Shown: positions 30,177-40,242 of the stretch, one piece after another | Layout of the letters: each line of letters begins with the position of its first letter | Numbering within the stretch: the stretch's first letter is position 1 | NCBI GenBank assembly: GCA_963662665.2 | Contig: CAXXJS010000055.1 | Coordinates: 1-64,000 of the forward strand | Reading direction: 5' to 3' | Source of the DNA: Candidatus Latescibacterota bacterium | Lineage (GTDB): Bacteria; Latescibacterota; UBA2968; GCA-2709665 | DNA: 64,000 nucleotides | Notes under the pieces: model-generated | Databases searched by the model: none | What the model saw: only the letters and a program-made list of their open reading frames with translations | What the model was told of the DNA's origin: nothing | Program-made: the position numbers and the translations under genes

Positions 30177-30854
30177 GTGGCAGATTCGAAATTTACCGAT
30201 CTGGAGACCTATCGGCGGGAAGTGTTCGCGCGAGAAGACAAGGTGCTTAAGGAAATAATGCCCAATGCAGTAACTCAAGGGCTTCCCGGGATATCGATCA
30301 GTCCGGAATCGGGCAAGACCCTTTATTTGCTTGCAAAAGCCGTCGGCGCCAGAAAGATACTTGAATTCGGTTCGCTTGCCGGCTATTCGGGTATCTGGCT
30401 GGCTCGGGCGCTGCCGGACGACGGATGTTTCGTTTCGCTGGAGGTGGATCCGAAACACGCCGAAGTTTCACGGGCGAATTTTGCCGCGGCCGGCCTGGCG
30501 GGCCGGACGGAAGTACGCGTCGGCAAAGGGGCCGAACTGATGAAAGACATGGCAGAGAAAGGACCGTTCGATCTCATATTTATCGACGCCGACAAAGAAA
30601 ACTATCCGGTCTACCTGGACTTTGCATTGGAAAATACCAGGGTCGGCGGGCTGATCGTGGCCGACAACGCCAATGGCCACGGCCATGTTCACGAGGCGCT
30701 CGCGGCGGGGGACGGCAGGCGCGGGATCCAGATGTACAACAGGCGCGTGGCGGATCACCCGCGTCTGGTTTCGAATATAATCCCGGTAGGTGGTTGGCTG
30801 GCGGTTTCGCTGGTGCTGGCGGACGCCGGCGACCGGGAGTTGCCGTGCGCCTGA
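30177..30854 (+). CDS. Class I SAM-dependent O-methyltransferase (caffeoyl-CoA OMT-like)
   Basis: ILEFGSLAGYSG, FDLIFIDADKENY, GGLIVADN. Confidence 0.92.
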   Translation: MADSKFTDLETYRREVFAREDKVLKEIMPNAVTQGLPGISISPESGKTLYLLAKAVGARKILEFGSLAGYSGIWLARALPDDGCFVSLEVDPKHAEVSRANFAAAGLAGRTEVRVGKGAELMKDMAEKGPFDLIFIDADKENYPVYLDFALENTRVGGLIVADNANGHGHVHEALAAGDGRRGIQMYNRRVADHPRLVSNIIPVGGWLAVSLVLADAGDRELPCA

Positions 30855-30969
30855 ACAATGGCACCGGATCAGGAGTTACTTCAATGAGCACGCGCAGGAA
30901 ATACAGCGGCGGAATTAACAACGGAAAATCGTCAATCCACGTTCTGAAAACTGCAGTACCAACCCGGCT

Positions 30970-32376
30970 ATGGTCCAACGCGGATCCAAAAATCCGATTG
31001 TGATTCTTTGCGATCAACTCCAGCGGCAAACGTTGGGGACTTACGGAGGGCGGGTTCCAACGCCCCGTCTCGACGGCCTGGCGGAACGAAGCGCGGTTTT
31101 TCAGGAGTTTTACTGCGCAACTCCGTTGTGCGTGCCGACACGACCGTCCATGATGACGGGACGCTGGCCGCACGCGCACGGCGCGACGACGTTCGGACCT
31201 GGATACGACACAGTCAAAGCCGGAAGGCAGTTGCTGACCGATGTACTGTTGGATCATGGATATCGCGTTGGATACGAGGGAATCTGGCACGTCAACCGGC
31301 AGCCCGAGGACGACCGATGCGGGGAATTCGCCCACTTCGCGCCGCGCAGCTTCCCATACAAGGACCATCTGCGAATGCTGGTCGCGCAAGGGGGGAAGGA
31401 CGGCGATCAGAGGGCGCCTGTCACCACGCCAACGGACAACGGAGAGATGTACGATTGGGATATCAGCATTCCGGTGCCGGCGCGCTGGCTGGAAAGGGCA
31501 GACGCACATCCGGATATGACGATTGCTCGAAACATGAGCGAGTTCATCCGTTCGGCGCCGAACGATCGTCCGTTTGCAGCCTGGTGTTCGCTGGGAGGAC
31601 CCCATCCCCCGATTCTGGTTCCTGAGCCGTATTACAGTCTGTTTTCCCCGGATGAAATGTCGCCTCCGCCAAGCTTCGGCGAGAATATGGATGGCCTGCC
31701 GGGGCCCGTTCGAAACGCGGCCGGAGCGCAGTGTGTGCGCGGCTGGACATGGGAACGATGGGCGTTGGCAACGGCAGCCTACTGGGGGTTTGTTGCGTTC
31801 CTGGACGTCTGCGTAGGCGCGGTACTTGACGCCCTTGAGGCTACCGGGCGGGCGGACGAAACGGTTGTGATCTTTACCTGCGACCACGGCGAAATGCTGG
31901 GCGCCCACAACCTCTATCAGAAGGGCGTGCTTTACCGGGAATCCATCCAGTTGCCATTTTTGGTGTCCGCGCCGGGCGTCGCTCCCGGTATTCGAGAAGG
32001 CTTCGGTTCCCACGTGGACATGCCGCCGACCATCCTGGATCTGCTGGACCTGCCGCCAATGTGCCAGGTACAGGGAAAGAGTCTGATGCCCGATCTGACC
32101 GACGCCCGGGTACGGACCGGCAACGCGGCTTTCGTTGAATTCAATGGGTATAACCGGGGCGGGATTCATACCCGGGGACTGGTCACAGACACCTACAATT
32201 ACATCTATCACCACCGTGACGCGGACCAGCTCTTCGATCGAAACGCGGACCGGTTTGAAGTGCGAAATCTCGCTCGAGACCCGGATTACACGGCGGCGCG
32301 AGGCCGCCTGAGAACGCAACTGGCCGGTTGGATGCATGAAACGGGCGATTTTCTCACGCCTGACTGGCCGGCATGA
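30970..32376 (+). CDS. Formylglycine-dependent sulfatase
   Basis: CVPTRPSMMTG (CXPXR), PHPP, DHGEMLG; no signal peptide. Confidence 0.9.
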   Translation: MVQRGSKNPIVILCDQLQRQTLGTYGGRVPTPRLDGLAERSAVFQEFYCATPLCVPTRPSMMTGRWPHAHGATTFGPGYDTVKAGRQLLTDVLLDHGYRVGYEGIWHVNRQPEDDRCGEFAHFAPRSFPYKDHLRMLVAQGGKDGDQRAPVTTPTDNGEMYDWDISIPVPARWLERADAHPDMTIARNMSEFIRSAPNDRPFAAWCSLGGPHPPILVPEPYYSLFSPDEMSPPPSFGENMDGLPGPVRNAAGAQCVRGWTWERWALATAAYWGFVAFLDVCVGAVLDALEATGRADETVVIFTCDHGEMLGAHNLYQKGVLYRESIQLPFLVSAPGVAPGIREGFGSHVDMPPTILDLLDLPPMCQVQGKSLMPDLTDARVRTGNAAFVEFNGYNRGGIHTRGLVTDTYNYIYHHRDADQLFDRNADRFEVRNLARDPDYTAARGRLRTQLAGWMHETGDFLTPDWPA

Positions 32377-32394
32377 CGCAAGGGAGAAATCGGG

Positions 32395-33648
32395 ATGGCA
32401 AATAGAAGGGCGTTACCTCCGGACAGTCCGGTACGGAGTCTCCACGCGGGAGCTTCCGTGCTCGACGACGAGGAGGTGCAGGAAGTTCTGGCAGTCATAA
32501 AAAGCCGATCCCTTTCCAGGGACTACGGGCCCGACCGCCTGGATATGGTGGCGCGTTTTGAACAGGGCTTCGGCCGAAAGATGGGCGCCTCCTACGCCCT
32601 GGCCGTCACGTCAGGTACCGCTGCGATAAAGGTCGCCCTGGTTGCAGCGGGTGTCGGCCCGGGCGACGAGGTAATTATGCCCCCGGTCACGTTCGTGGCC
32701 ACGCCGGGCGCGGTTATTCTCATCGGGGGTGTTCCGGTCTTTACCGAAGTCGACCGGTCGATGACATTGGATCCGGACGCCATCGAAGCCGGAATCACGC
32801 CGCGGACGAAAGCGATTCTTCCCGTTCATCTGTGGGGGACGCCGTGCAGGATGGATCGGATAATGGATATCGCGAAGAGGCATGGCTTGAAAGTTATCGA
32901 AGATTGCTCCCAGAGTGCGGGCGCGTCATACAAAGGAAAGGCGATTGGGACCTGGGGCGATCTGGGGGCGTTCAGCCTGCAATTCGGGAAGGTTATCACG
33001 TCGGGTGAAGGCGGTGTCGTGGTGTCCGACAACGCGGGACTTTACGAACGCGCCGTGCGCTACCACGACCAGGGTCTGTTCCGGGAAAAGACCCGATTTC
33101 CCGGATTCCAGCCGACTCTGGAGCCATTCGTAGGTGAGAACTTCAGAATGCCCGAGATGTCCGGGGCGGTTGCGCTCGCACAGTTGCAGAAAATGGAAGG
33201 CGTTGTCGAGTCGCTACGCCGGAAATTCCAGCGATTCAAGGGGGGTGTTGCGGGCGTGCGGGGGGTGGAAATCAGGCCGCCAAATGACGAAGAAGGCCAT
33301 CTCGGGGTACATTGGGATCTCTTATTCGAAGATCAGCGCACCTGCGCGCGTTTCGCGAAGGCGATGCGTGACCGGGGGTTCTCGGCAGGTCTGGGATACG
33401 GCGGTAAGCCGGTCTATCTGGGTCCGCCAATCCAGAACCAGGCCACGGCTACGCCCCACGCGAATCCCTGGCAGTCGCCGATGTACGATGGCGAGGTTAC
33501 GTACGGCCCCGGTCTGTGTCCCCGCACGGAAGACCTGCTACAGCGGGTCCTCCACCTTGCGTTCGTCAATCCCTGGTTTCCGGAGGAAAAAATCGACGCT
33601 CTCGCAGCCGCCGTTCGCGCCTCGGCCGAAGAAGTATTCTCACCGTAA
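32395..33648 (+). CDS. DegT/DnrJ/EryC1/StrS PLP-dependent aminotransferase
   Basis: SGTAA, GPGDEVI, IEDCSQSAG, FSLQFGKVITSGEGG. Confidence 0.92.
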   Translation: MANRRALPPDSPVRSLHAGASVLDDEEVQEVLAVIKSRSLSRDYGPDRLDMVARFEQGFGRKMGASYALAVTSGTAAIKVALVAAGVGPGDEVIMPPVTFVATPGAVILIGGVPVFTEVDRSMTLDPDAIEAGITPRTKAILPVHLWGTPCRMDRIMDIAKRHGLKVIEDCSQSAGASYKGKAIGTWGDLGAFSLQFGKVITSGEGGVVVSDNAGLYERAVRYHDQGLFREKTRFPGFQPTLEPFVGENFRMPEMSGAVALAQLQKMEGVVESLRRKFQRFKGGVAGVRGVEIRPPNDEEGHLGVHWDLLFEDQRTCARFAKAMRDRGFSAGLGYGGKPVYLGPPIQNQATATPHANPWQSPMYDGEVTYGPGLCPRTEDLLQRVLHLAFVNPWFPEEKIDALAAAVRASAEEVFSP

Positions 33649-33686
33649 CGAGCGGTGTTCTCACACTGTGGATCCGAGATGAACCT

Positions 33687-34631
33687 ATGAATATACTGTT
33701 GCGCGTGGCCTTGTCGGAACGCCACATGGAACAGATTCGGTCGGCGGTTGAACGTGTTGACCTGGTGATGCCTGATTCCGAATCTGAATTACAGATGATC
33801 ATGCCGCGGGTCGAGATTGTTTTTGGCAGTGTGAGTCCTGGCATGTTCCGGCGCGCGGAGCGATTACGGTGGGTGCAGACCTGGGGCGCCGGTGTCGACG
33901 GGCAGCTATTCAAGTCGTTTGTGGACAGCAATGTGATTTTGACAAGCGGTCGAGGCACGGTTGGCGTGCATCTGGCGGAACACGCGATGGCGTTGTTGCT
34001 CGGGCTCACGAGGGGTATAGCCAGGGCCGTACGGGTGCCCGGTTGGGACCAGCGAATGGCTATCCGGAACGCGAGTTGGGAGCTTGTCGATCTGACGATG
34101 GGAATCGTGGGCCTGGGCGGTACTGGGCGCGAACTCGCCACCAGGGCGAGCGCATTCGGCATGCGGGTGGTGGCCGTGGACCCCGAGGACGTGGACGTAC
34201 CCGCATGCGTGGCATCATGCTGGAAGATGGATCGGTTTCACGACCTCCTCTCAATGTCCGACGTTGTGTCCGTCTGCGCGCCCCTCACGCCGGATACCCG
34301 CGGGATGTTCGATGAAAACGCGTTTCATTCCATGAAATCCGGTGCGTTGCTGATCAACGTAACGCGAGGGGGAATTATGGATGAAAACGCGCTGATCGCA
34401 GCTTTGTCGCGTGGTATGATTGCAGGGGCGGGCCTGGACGTGGCCCCCGTGGAGCCACTCCCCCCGGACCATCCACTCTGGAAACTGGATAACGTGCTGA
34501 TTACCCCGCATACCGCCGGTGGGTCGCCCAACCGGCAGGACCGCATTGTGAACCTGTTCTGTGAGAATCTGAAAAGATTGAACGCGGGACAGCCATTGTT
34601 GAGCGTGATCGACAAAGAAAAGGGATATTGA
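33687..34631 (+). CDS. D-2-hydroxyacid dehydrogenase
   Basis: GAGVD, GIVGLGGTG, INVTRG, GAGLDV, ITPHTAG. Confidence 0.92.
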   Translation: MNILLRVALSERHMEQIRSAVERVDLVMPDSESELQMIMPRVEIVFGSVSPGMFRRAERLRWVQTWGAGVDGQLFKSFVDSNVILTSGRGTVGVHLAEHAMALLLGLTRGIARAVRVPGWDQRMAIRNASWELVDLTMGIVGLGGTGRELATRASAFGMRVVAVDPEDVDVPACVASCWKMDRFHDLLSMSDVVSVCAPLTPDTRGMFDENAFHSMKSGALLINVTRGGIMDENALIAALSRGMIAGAGLDVAPVEPLPPDHPLWKLDNVLITPHTAGGSPNRQDRIVNLFCENLKRLNAGQPLLSVIDKEKGY

Positions 34632-34634
34632 ACA

Positions 34635-35702
34635 ATGCGGGCTTTCTTTTTCTGGGAAGCCGCAGCCGGCGGTCTGGCGCTTCAGGACAGATGCAATCCC
34701 TATGGGCCGTTGCTTGCTCACGATCTGGCAAAGCTGGATATCCACCTGGAACTGGGCGACTACGAGTTCCGGCGGGAATGGCTGAATGACGCGCGAAACG
34801 ATTTCTCCGTATTGCACCTGAACTGGCTTCACTGGTTCTACCGGGAAGACACCCTTGAGAAATCGGTTTCCCGGCTCAACCGTTTTGCGGACAATTTGCA
34901 CTTTGCCAGGGATCTGGGTTACCGGATCGTCTGGACAATGCACAACCGGTATCCTCACGAACGGCCATTTCCGGATCTGGATCATCTGGCGCGGTTGATC
35001 GTTGGCCGATTGGCAGACGGAGTGATTGCACATTGCAACTACGGCGCCGGTCTTGCACGCAAGCTGTTTTATCGCACCGAACATCTGCACGTCATTCCAC
35101 ACGGTCACTATATCGACATTTTTCCCAATGAGATCCCTCGGGAGACGGCACGTCAGAAGCTTGAGTTGCCGGGAGACGCGTTCGTATACCTGTTTTTCGG
35201 AAATGCCAGGGTCTATAAGGGAATTGAAAAGCTGATCGACGCTTATCGGGAATGCGCGGACGCCGACACGCGTCTGGCCATAATGACCAGAAAGGCTTTC
35301 GACGGAAGTTACGCGGACAGGTTAATCGCCCTTGCGGAAGACGATGAACGCATTCGCGTGTTTACGCACTCTTTCTTTCCAAACGAGGATTTCCAGATCT
35401 ACCTGAATGCCGCGGACGTTGTCGTGTTACCGTTTTCACAGGTACTGACGTCCGGATCCGCAATCGCCGCACTTTCCTTCGGCAAACCGGTCATTGTACC
35501 GGCGCTTGGATGCCTGCCGGAACTGGTTGACGACTCGATGGGCATTTTATACGACCCGAATGATTCCGGCGCCCTGTCGAAGGCGATGCTCGACGTCAGA
35601 CGGCGTGACCTCGGTCGTGCTGGCCGAGCGGCGTTTGCACGCGCAAAGTCGCTGGACTGGCAACGGATCGCATCTCGTGTCGCCGAAGTCTACCGGGCGT
35701 AG
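34635..35702 (+). CDS. Glycosyltransferase, GT4-like
   Basis: WTMHN, IPHGHY, FFGNARVYKG, ADVVVLPF...TSGS...FGKPVI. Confidence 0.88.
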   Translation: MRAFFFWEAAAGGLALQDRCNPYGPLLAHDLAKLDIHLELGDYEFRREWLNDARNDFSVLHLNWLHWFYREDTLEKSVSRLNRFADNLHFARDLGYRIVWTMHNRYPHERPFPDLDHLARLIVGRLADGVIAHCNYGAGLARKLFYRTEHLHVIPHGHYIDIFPNEIPRETARQKLELPGDAFVYLFFGNARVYKGIEKLIDAYRECADADTRLAIMTRKAFDGSYADRLIALAEDDERIRVFTHSFFPNEDFQIYLNAADVVVLPFSQVLTSGSAIAALSFGKPVIVPALGCLPELVDDSMGILYDPNDSGALSKAMLDVRRRDLGRAGRAAFARAKSLDWQRIASRVAEVYRA

Positions 35703-35726
35703 CAGCCCTCTGATCGGGTCGATCGA

Positions 35727-36824
35727 ATGAAAATAACAGGTGTCGATCTGGTTTCCGTTGGCGTGAACCACCGGGGCGACTGGGTTTTCGTACACATCAA
35801 TACCGACGAGGGACTTCGCGGCCTGGGAGAGTTGCGGGCGGGTAGGAACTACGCCGGCCGGATACGTGCTACAAAGGAACTGGGCGAATGGCTGCTTGGG
35901 CGGGACCCCTGGCAGGTCAGGGATTTTTCACGCAGATTTGCAAGGATTTCTTCGGACGGAGATACTATCAGCGCCGTTAGCGCTTTGGAAGTCGCGCTAT
36001 GGGATCTTAAGGGCAAGGTGCTCGAAGTACCGGTGTACACGCTTCTGGGAGGCGCGATACGGGAGGAAATCCGTCTCTACGCGAACATCAACCGGGCGTC
36101 GACGGATCGCAGCCCGGAGAGTTTCGCCGCGCTTGCGGACGGGGCCGTCGCCGAGGGATTCGACGCCGTCAAACTGGCGCCGTTCGACGAGATGCCGCCC
36201 GTCGTAGACTCTGTCGCGGAAACAGGGTTGGGCATCGCCCGCGTGAAGGCTGTTCGCCGGGCGGTCGGTCCCGACGTGGATCTGCTGGTCGACTGCCACA
36301 GCCGTTTTACCGTCAAAGGCGCCCTTGAGGCCGCCGACGCGTTGCGTGACCTTGATCTCTATTGGTTTGAGCAGCCCGTTTCCGAAGGTAATCCGGACGC
36401 CGTCGTCGAGGTGAACGGGCGTTGTGGATTGCGGACTGCCGGCGGGGAACAGCGAATGTTGCGCAGTGGATTTCGGGAAGCTCTGGAAAACGCCGCGATG
36501 GATATAATCATGCCCGACGTGACGGTTGTGGGGGGTATCGCTGAATTGAAAGCGGTCGCGGAGATGGCGGACACGTTTGGCGTACCCACGGCGCCGCACG
36601 GGCCCTTCGGGCCGGTTGCCGTTAGCGCCGGGATGCAGGTCATGGCCACGCACCCCGGTTTTTTAATTCTGGAATACGCCTGGGGCGAGGTCCTGTGGCG
36701 GAACGAGTTGACCGTGCCCCGGGAACAAATCGTCAACGGCCGCATTCGCCCTGGCCGGCGTCCTGGCCTCGGGGTGGAATTGAACCCGGAAGTGCTTGAA
36801 ACTCACGGGGTCGCGTTAGGTTGA
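35727..36824 (+). CDS. Enolase-superfamily dehydratase (galactonate dehydratase-like)
   Basis: TDEGLRGLGE, ALWDLKGK, YANINR, DCHSRF, WFEQP, GGE, PHGPFG. Confidence 0.88.
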   Translation: MKITGVDLVSVGVNHRGDWVFVHINTDEGLRGLGELRAGRNYAGRIRATKELGEWLLGRDPWQVRDFSRRFARISSDGDTISAVSALEVALWDLKGKVLEVPVYTLLGGAIREEIRLYANINRASTDRSPESFAALADGAVAEGFDAVKLAPFDEMPPVVDSVAETGLGIARVKAVRRAVGPDVDLLVDCHSRFTVKGALEAADALRDLDLYWFEQPVSEGNPDAVVEVNGRCGLRTAGGEQRMLRSGFREALENAAMDIIMPDVTVVGGIAELKAVAEMADTFGVPTAPHGPFGPVAVSAGMQVMATHPGFLILEYAWGEVLWRNELTVPREQIVNGRIRPGRRPGLGVELNPEVLETHGVALG

Positions 36825-37000
36825 TTGCGAAAGTGGGAATACCGACAGATGCCTGGGCCAATTCCGCCTCGCACCGGGCTGGCAAAACAGGACGTCATGC
36901 CTTGCTATTGGCCGGGACGAGTGTGGGATGAACGCGGACGCCGGTCCGGCCGGCTGCATCCGGCAAGCCTCCCTGGAGTAAATTAACTACGGAGGAATAC

Positions 37001-37867
37001 ATGTTCAAGTGTCTGGCGCCGGGCGCCATTGGTGTCAAAGCGAACCTGTCGGAGGGATTGTCGTATGCGAAAGCCGGGGGATTCCACGGCCTGGATGTTA
37101 ATGTCCGTGAGGTATCGCGCCTCGTGCGTGAGAACGGAGCGGCGCATGTCACGGGGATGTTTTCCGAAGTTGGCATGAAGATAGGTGCCTGGGGATTGCC
37201 GGTGGCCTGGAACGGCCCGCAGGAGGATTTCGAGCGTGACGTGCAGGCATTGCCAGGGTTGGCGGCGGCCGGCGCGTCGGTGGGCGCGAACAGGGTCTCA
37301 CAGTGGATAGCACCCGCTTCCGATACGCGTCCCTTCCGCGAACAGTTTCGGTGGTGCCTGAGCCGCTTCCGGCCGATATGCGAAGTATTGAAGGACCACG
37401 GCTGCAGCCTGGGGCTGGAATTCATCGGACCGAGAACCCAACGTCTGGGAAGGACGTACGGATTTATCCATTCGATCGGCGGAATGCTTGGATTCTGTGA
37501 GGCACTGGGAACCGGAAACGCGGGACTGCTGTTGGACAGCTGGCACTGGTATACCTCGCTTGGGACCCTCGCGGACCTCCGGGGACTCTCTGCGAACGAC
37601 GTCGTCCACGTCCACGTGAACGACGCCCCGGCGGGAGTGACCGTGGAGGAACAGATCGATCAGGTTCGCGCGCTCCCGTCCGAGACGGGCGTGATCGACC
37701 TGGCGGGTTTCTTGAAGGTGTTGAATGAGATCGGGTACGCCGGGCCCGTTACGCCGGAGCCGTTCAGTCGGGAGGTGAGGGAACTGGGTGCGACCGATGC
37801 TGTACGCCTGACCCATCGGGGGCTGGACGACGCGTGGCAGGCGGCGGGATTGAACTCACGCGCCTGA
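37001..37867 (+). CDS. Sugar phosphate isomerase/epimerase (xylose isomerase-like TIM barrel)
   Basis: LGLEFIG, LLLDSWHW, HVHVND, GYAGPVTPEPF. Confidence 0.88.
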   Translation: MFKCLAPGAIGVKANLSEGLSYAKAGGFHGLDVNVREVSRLVRENGAAHVTGMFSEVGMKIGAWGLPVAWNGPQEDFERDVQALPGLAAAGASVGANRVSQWIAPASDTRPFREQFRWCLSRFRPICEVLKDHGCSLGLEFIGPRTQRLGRTYGFIHSIGGMLGFCEALGTGNAGLLLDSWHWYTSLGTLADLRGLSANDVVHVHVNDAPAGVTVEEQIDQVRALPSETGVIDLAGFLKVLNEIGYAGPVTPEPFSREVRELGATDAVRLTHRGLDDAWQAAGLNSRA

Positions 37868-37936
37868 AGGTAGGGGGTCGCGCGGACATCTGAAATGCGT
37901 GCCGAACGAGATCGAGTCAATACATCGGAGAATCCC

Positions 37937-38512
37937 ATGGAACCCATTGAAACCTTTGCCGCGAAGTATATTCGTGAAAACGGAAGACTTCTGGCATCGT
38001 TGAATCCCGGGCATATCGCGCCTATCATCACCCTTATGCGCGACGCGAGGGACTCCGGCAATCGGATCTTCGCCATAGGAAACGGAGGTAGCGCGGGTAC
38101 CGCCTCCCACTTTGTGAATGATATGGGAAAGGGGGCGTCGGTCGGTCGGGAAACACGCTTCAAGGTAGTTCCCCTGACCGACAACGTGGAGTGGATGACG
38201 GCGCTGAGCAACGACCTGAGTTACGAAGACGTGTTCGTGGAGCAGATGAGGAATTTTTCGGAACCGGGGGACGTGCTGCTGGCCATCAGCGGGAGCGGGA
38301 ACTCCGAAAACGTACTCCGCGCAGTGCGTTTTGCCAACGGGATGGGCTGTCATACGGTCGGTTTTACCGGATTCGGCGGCGGAAGGTTGAAAGATCTCGC
38401 GCGGCATTGTATTGTCGTGGATTCGGATCATATGGGAAGGGTTGAGGACATGCATATGGTCCTGCAACACATCATTTGTTACTATTTCATGGATGTGGAA
38501 CGGTTGCGATGA
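37937..38512 (+). CDS. SIS-domain protein, phosphoheptose isomerase (GmhA)-like
   Basis: GNGGSAG, TALSND, ISGSGNSENV, GFGGG, VEDMH. Confidence 0.88.
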   Translation: MEPIETFAAKYIRENGRLLASLNPGHIAPIITLMRDARDSGNRIFAIGNGGSAGTASHFVNDMGKGASVGRETRFKVVPLTDNVEWMTALSNDLSYEDVFVEQMRNFSEPGDVLLAISGSGNSENVLRAVRFANGMGCHTVGFTGFGGGRLKDLARHCIVVDSDHMGRVEDMHMVLQHIICYYFMDVERLR

Positions 38513-39582
38513 GCCGGTCCGACACGGCCATGATTGTCCTCTTGCCCCTGATTTGCAGCTTGAATCTGGAACTCGGATACTATCTGCACCTTGTACGCGG
38601 CCAGGCTGAATTGCTCTGGAACCGACAGCCAGTCCCAGGTCTTCTGGCGCGGCCGGACCTGGATCCGACTGTTCGGGAACGGCTGGAATTCATCCAGGAG
38701 GTGCGTCGATTCGCCCAGGAACGGATCGGGCTTGACCCGTCCCGGAGTTACACTACCTACGTTGACATCGGCGACGGGCCGGTTTCGTGGCAACTGACGG
38801 CATCGCCGAAGGACCGGCTCGAACCGGTTCAATGGACGTACCCGGTAGCGGGAAGATTTCCCTACCGGGGTTATTTTGACCTGGACCGCGCGAAAAAGGA
38901 ACGGGATCGACTGGTTGCGCAAAACTACGATACCGTTCTGCGCGCCGTCGGCGCTTACAGTACGCTGGGTTGGTTTGAGGACCCGATTCTGAGCACGATG
39001 CTCCGGTATCGTGACGGGTATTTGGCCGAACTCGTCATCCACGAATTGACACACGGGACGGTCTGGATTCCGAACCGGGTCGTCTTCAATGAAAACATGG
39101 CGACCTTTGTGGGTGAGGCTGGCGCCTTGCTGTTTCTTCGGGAACTTCACGGACCGGAGTCCGCCGTTGTAAGGGAACTGCAGGATTTGAGGACCGACGA
39201 ACGGAGATTCAATCTGTTCATGCACACGGTAGCTGAAGAATTGGATACGCTCTACGGCTCTGAACGTTCCTTTAATGAGAAGCTTTCCGAACGAGAGGTC
39301 ATATTTAAGCGGGCGAAAGACCGGTTTGGCCGGTTGGACCTAAAGACAGATGCGTATTCCCGTTTCCCGCAACGGCGATTGAACAATGCAGTGTTGATGG
39401 CCTATCGGACATATCATGAAAAGGCGGATGTCTTCGATCGCGTGTACCGGACGCTCGGCCGGGATCTCAAGGCCGCGGTCCGGCTCTTCAAGGAATGTGA
39501 GTCGCAGGCGGACCCCTCGGGATATCTGGTGGAATGGTTGCGGGAAGTCGACGAAGACAAGCCGCATACCGACAGCCCGTAG
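38509..39582 (+). CDS. Putative zinc-dependent aminopeptidase
   Basis: YRGYF, AYSTLGWFEDP, HELTH, FNE, LNNA. Confidence 0.85.
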   Translation: MSRSDTAMIVLLPLICSLNLELGYYLHLVRGQAELLWNRQPVPGLLARPDLDPTVRERLEFIQEVRRFAQERIGLDPSRSYTTYVDIGDGPVSWQLTASPKDRLEPVQWTYPVAGRFPYRGYFDLDRAKKERDRLVAQNYDTVLRAVGAYSTLGWFEDPILSTMLRYRDGYLAELVIHELTHGTVWIPNRVVFNENMATFVGEAGALLFLRELHGPESAVVRELQDLRTDERRFNLFMHTVAEELDTLYGSERSFNEKLSEREVIFKRAKDRFGRLDLKTDAYSRFPQRRLNNAVLMAYRTYHEKADVFDRVYRTLGRDLKAAVRLFKECESQADPSGYLVEWLREVDEDKPHTDSP

Positions 39583-39752
39583 TGTTCTGTTCCGCAAATG
39601 GATTCCCGAATTGCGGCCGCCGAGCCGTCCCGCCGGCAACGCCGCGGAACGGGATGAATCGACGGATGCATGGCAACACGTCTCCGGGAAGGGTCACGGG
39701 CGCACGAGGCCGTATATGGCGGGATCAACTGCCTTTGGAGAGTTCTGCGGGC

Positions 39753-40070
39753 ATGCCGGAATTTGAGCGTACGTTTCGAAGGATCTATCGGGTGGTCTCC
39801 CGGATTCCAGAAGGTACCGTCGCCACCTACGGCCAGGTTGCGGGGATCGCGGGCGTGGGGCCCAGGCAGGTGGGGCAGGCGCTCAAAGCACTGCCCGCGA
39901 GCGCGAAGTGTCCGTGGCATCGGGTGATCAACGCACGGGGCACGGTGTCGATTCGCACCGGCGCCAGAAAGGCGCATCTGGTCCAGGAAGCGCTTCTGAA
40001 GGCCGAAGGCGTGACCTTCGTGAAGGGGAAAGTGGATCTGCACGTCTACAGATGGCACGCGGACGTATAG
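39753..40070 (+). CDS. Alkyltransferase-like (ATL/YbaZ-type) MGMT-family protein
   Basis: IPEGTVATYGQVA, RQVG, PWHRV (Trp in place of the catalytic Cys). Confidence 0.88.
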   Translation: MPEFERTFRRIYRVVSRIPEGTVATYGQVAGIAGVGPRQVGQALKALPASAKCPWHRVINARGTVSIRTGARKAHLVQEALLKAEGVTFVKGKVDLHVYRWHADV

Positions 40071-40242
40071 GTTCCATACACCGCCCCCCAACGGTCATTC
40101 GCGCTTAGCGTCTGCTAACGGCTTCCGTCTCAACTTCTTGCCCCGGATTGGGTTAGATGGGCGATGCAACCGCCGACAGCTTGTCTCCAGACCGGAGTTG
40201 GAACATCGAAACAACGGAACAGAACGTCCATCGGATGACCCA

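Noticed and set aside
30580-32337. 585-aa minus-strand ORF (likewise 40537..41868)
   Set aside because: Antisense shadows of the sulfatase and ABC exporter genes
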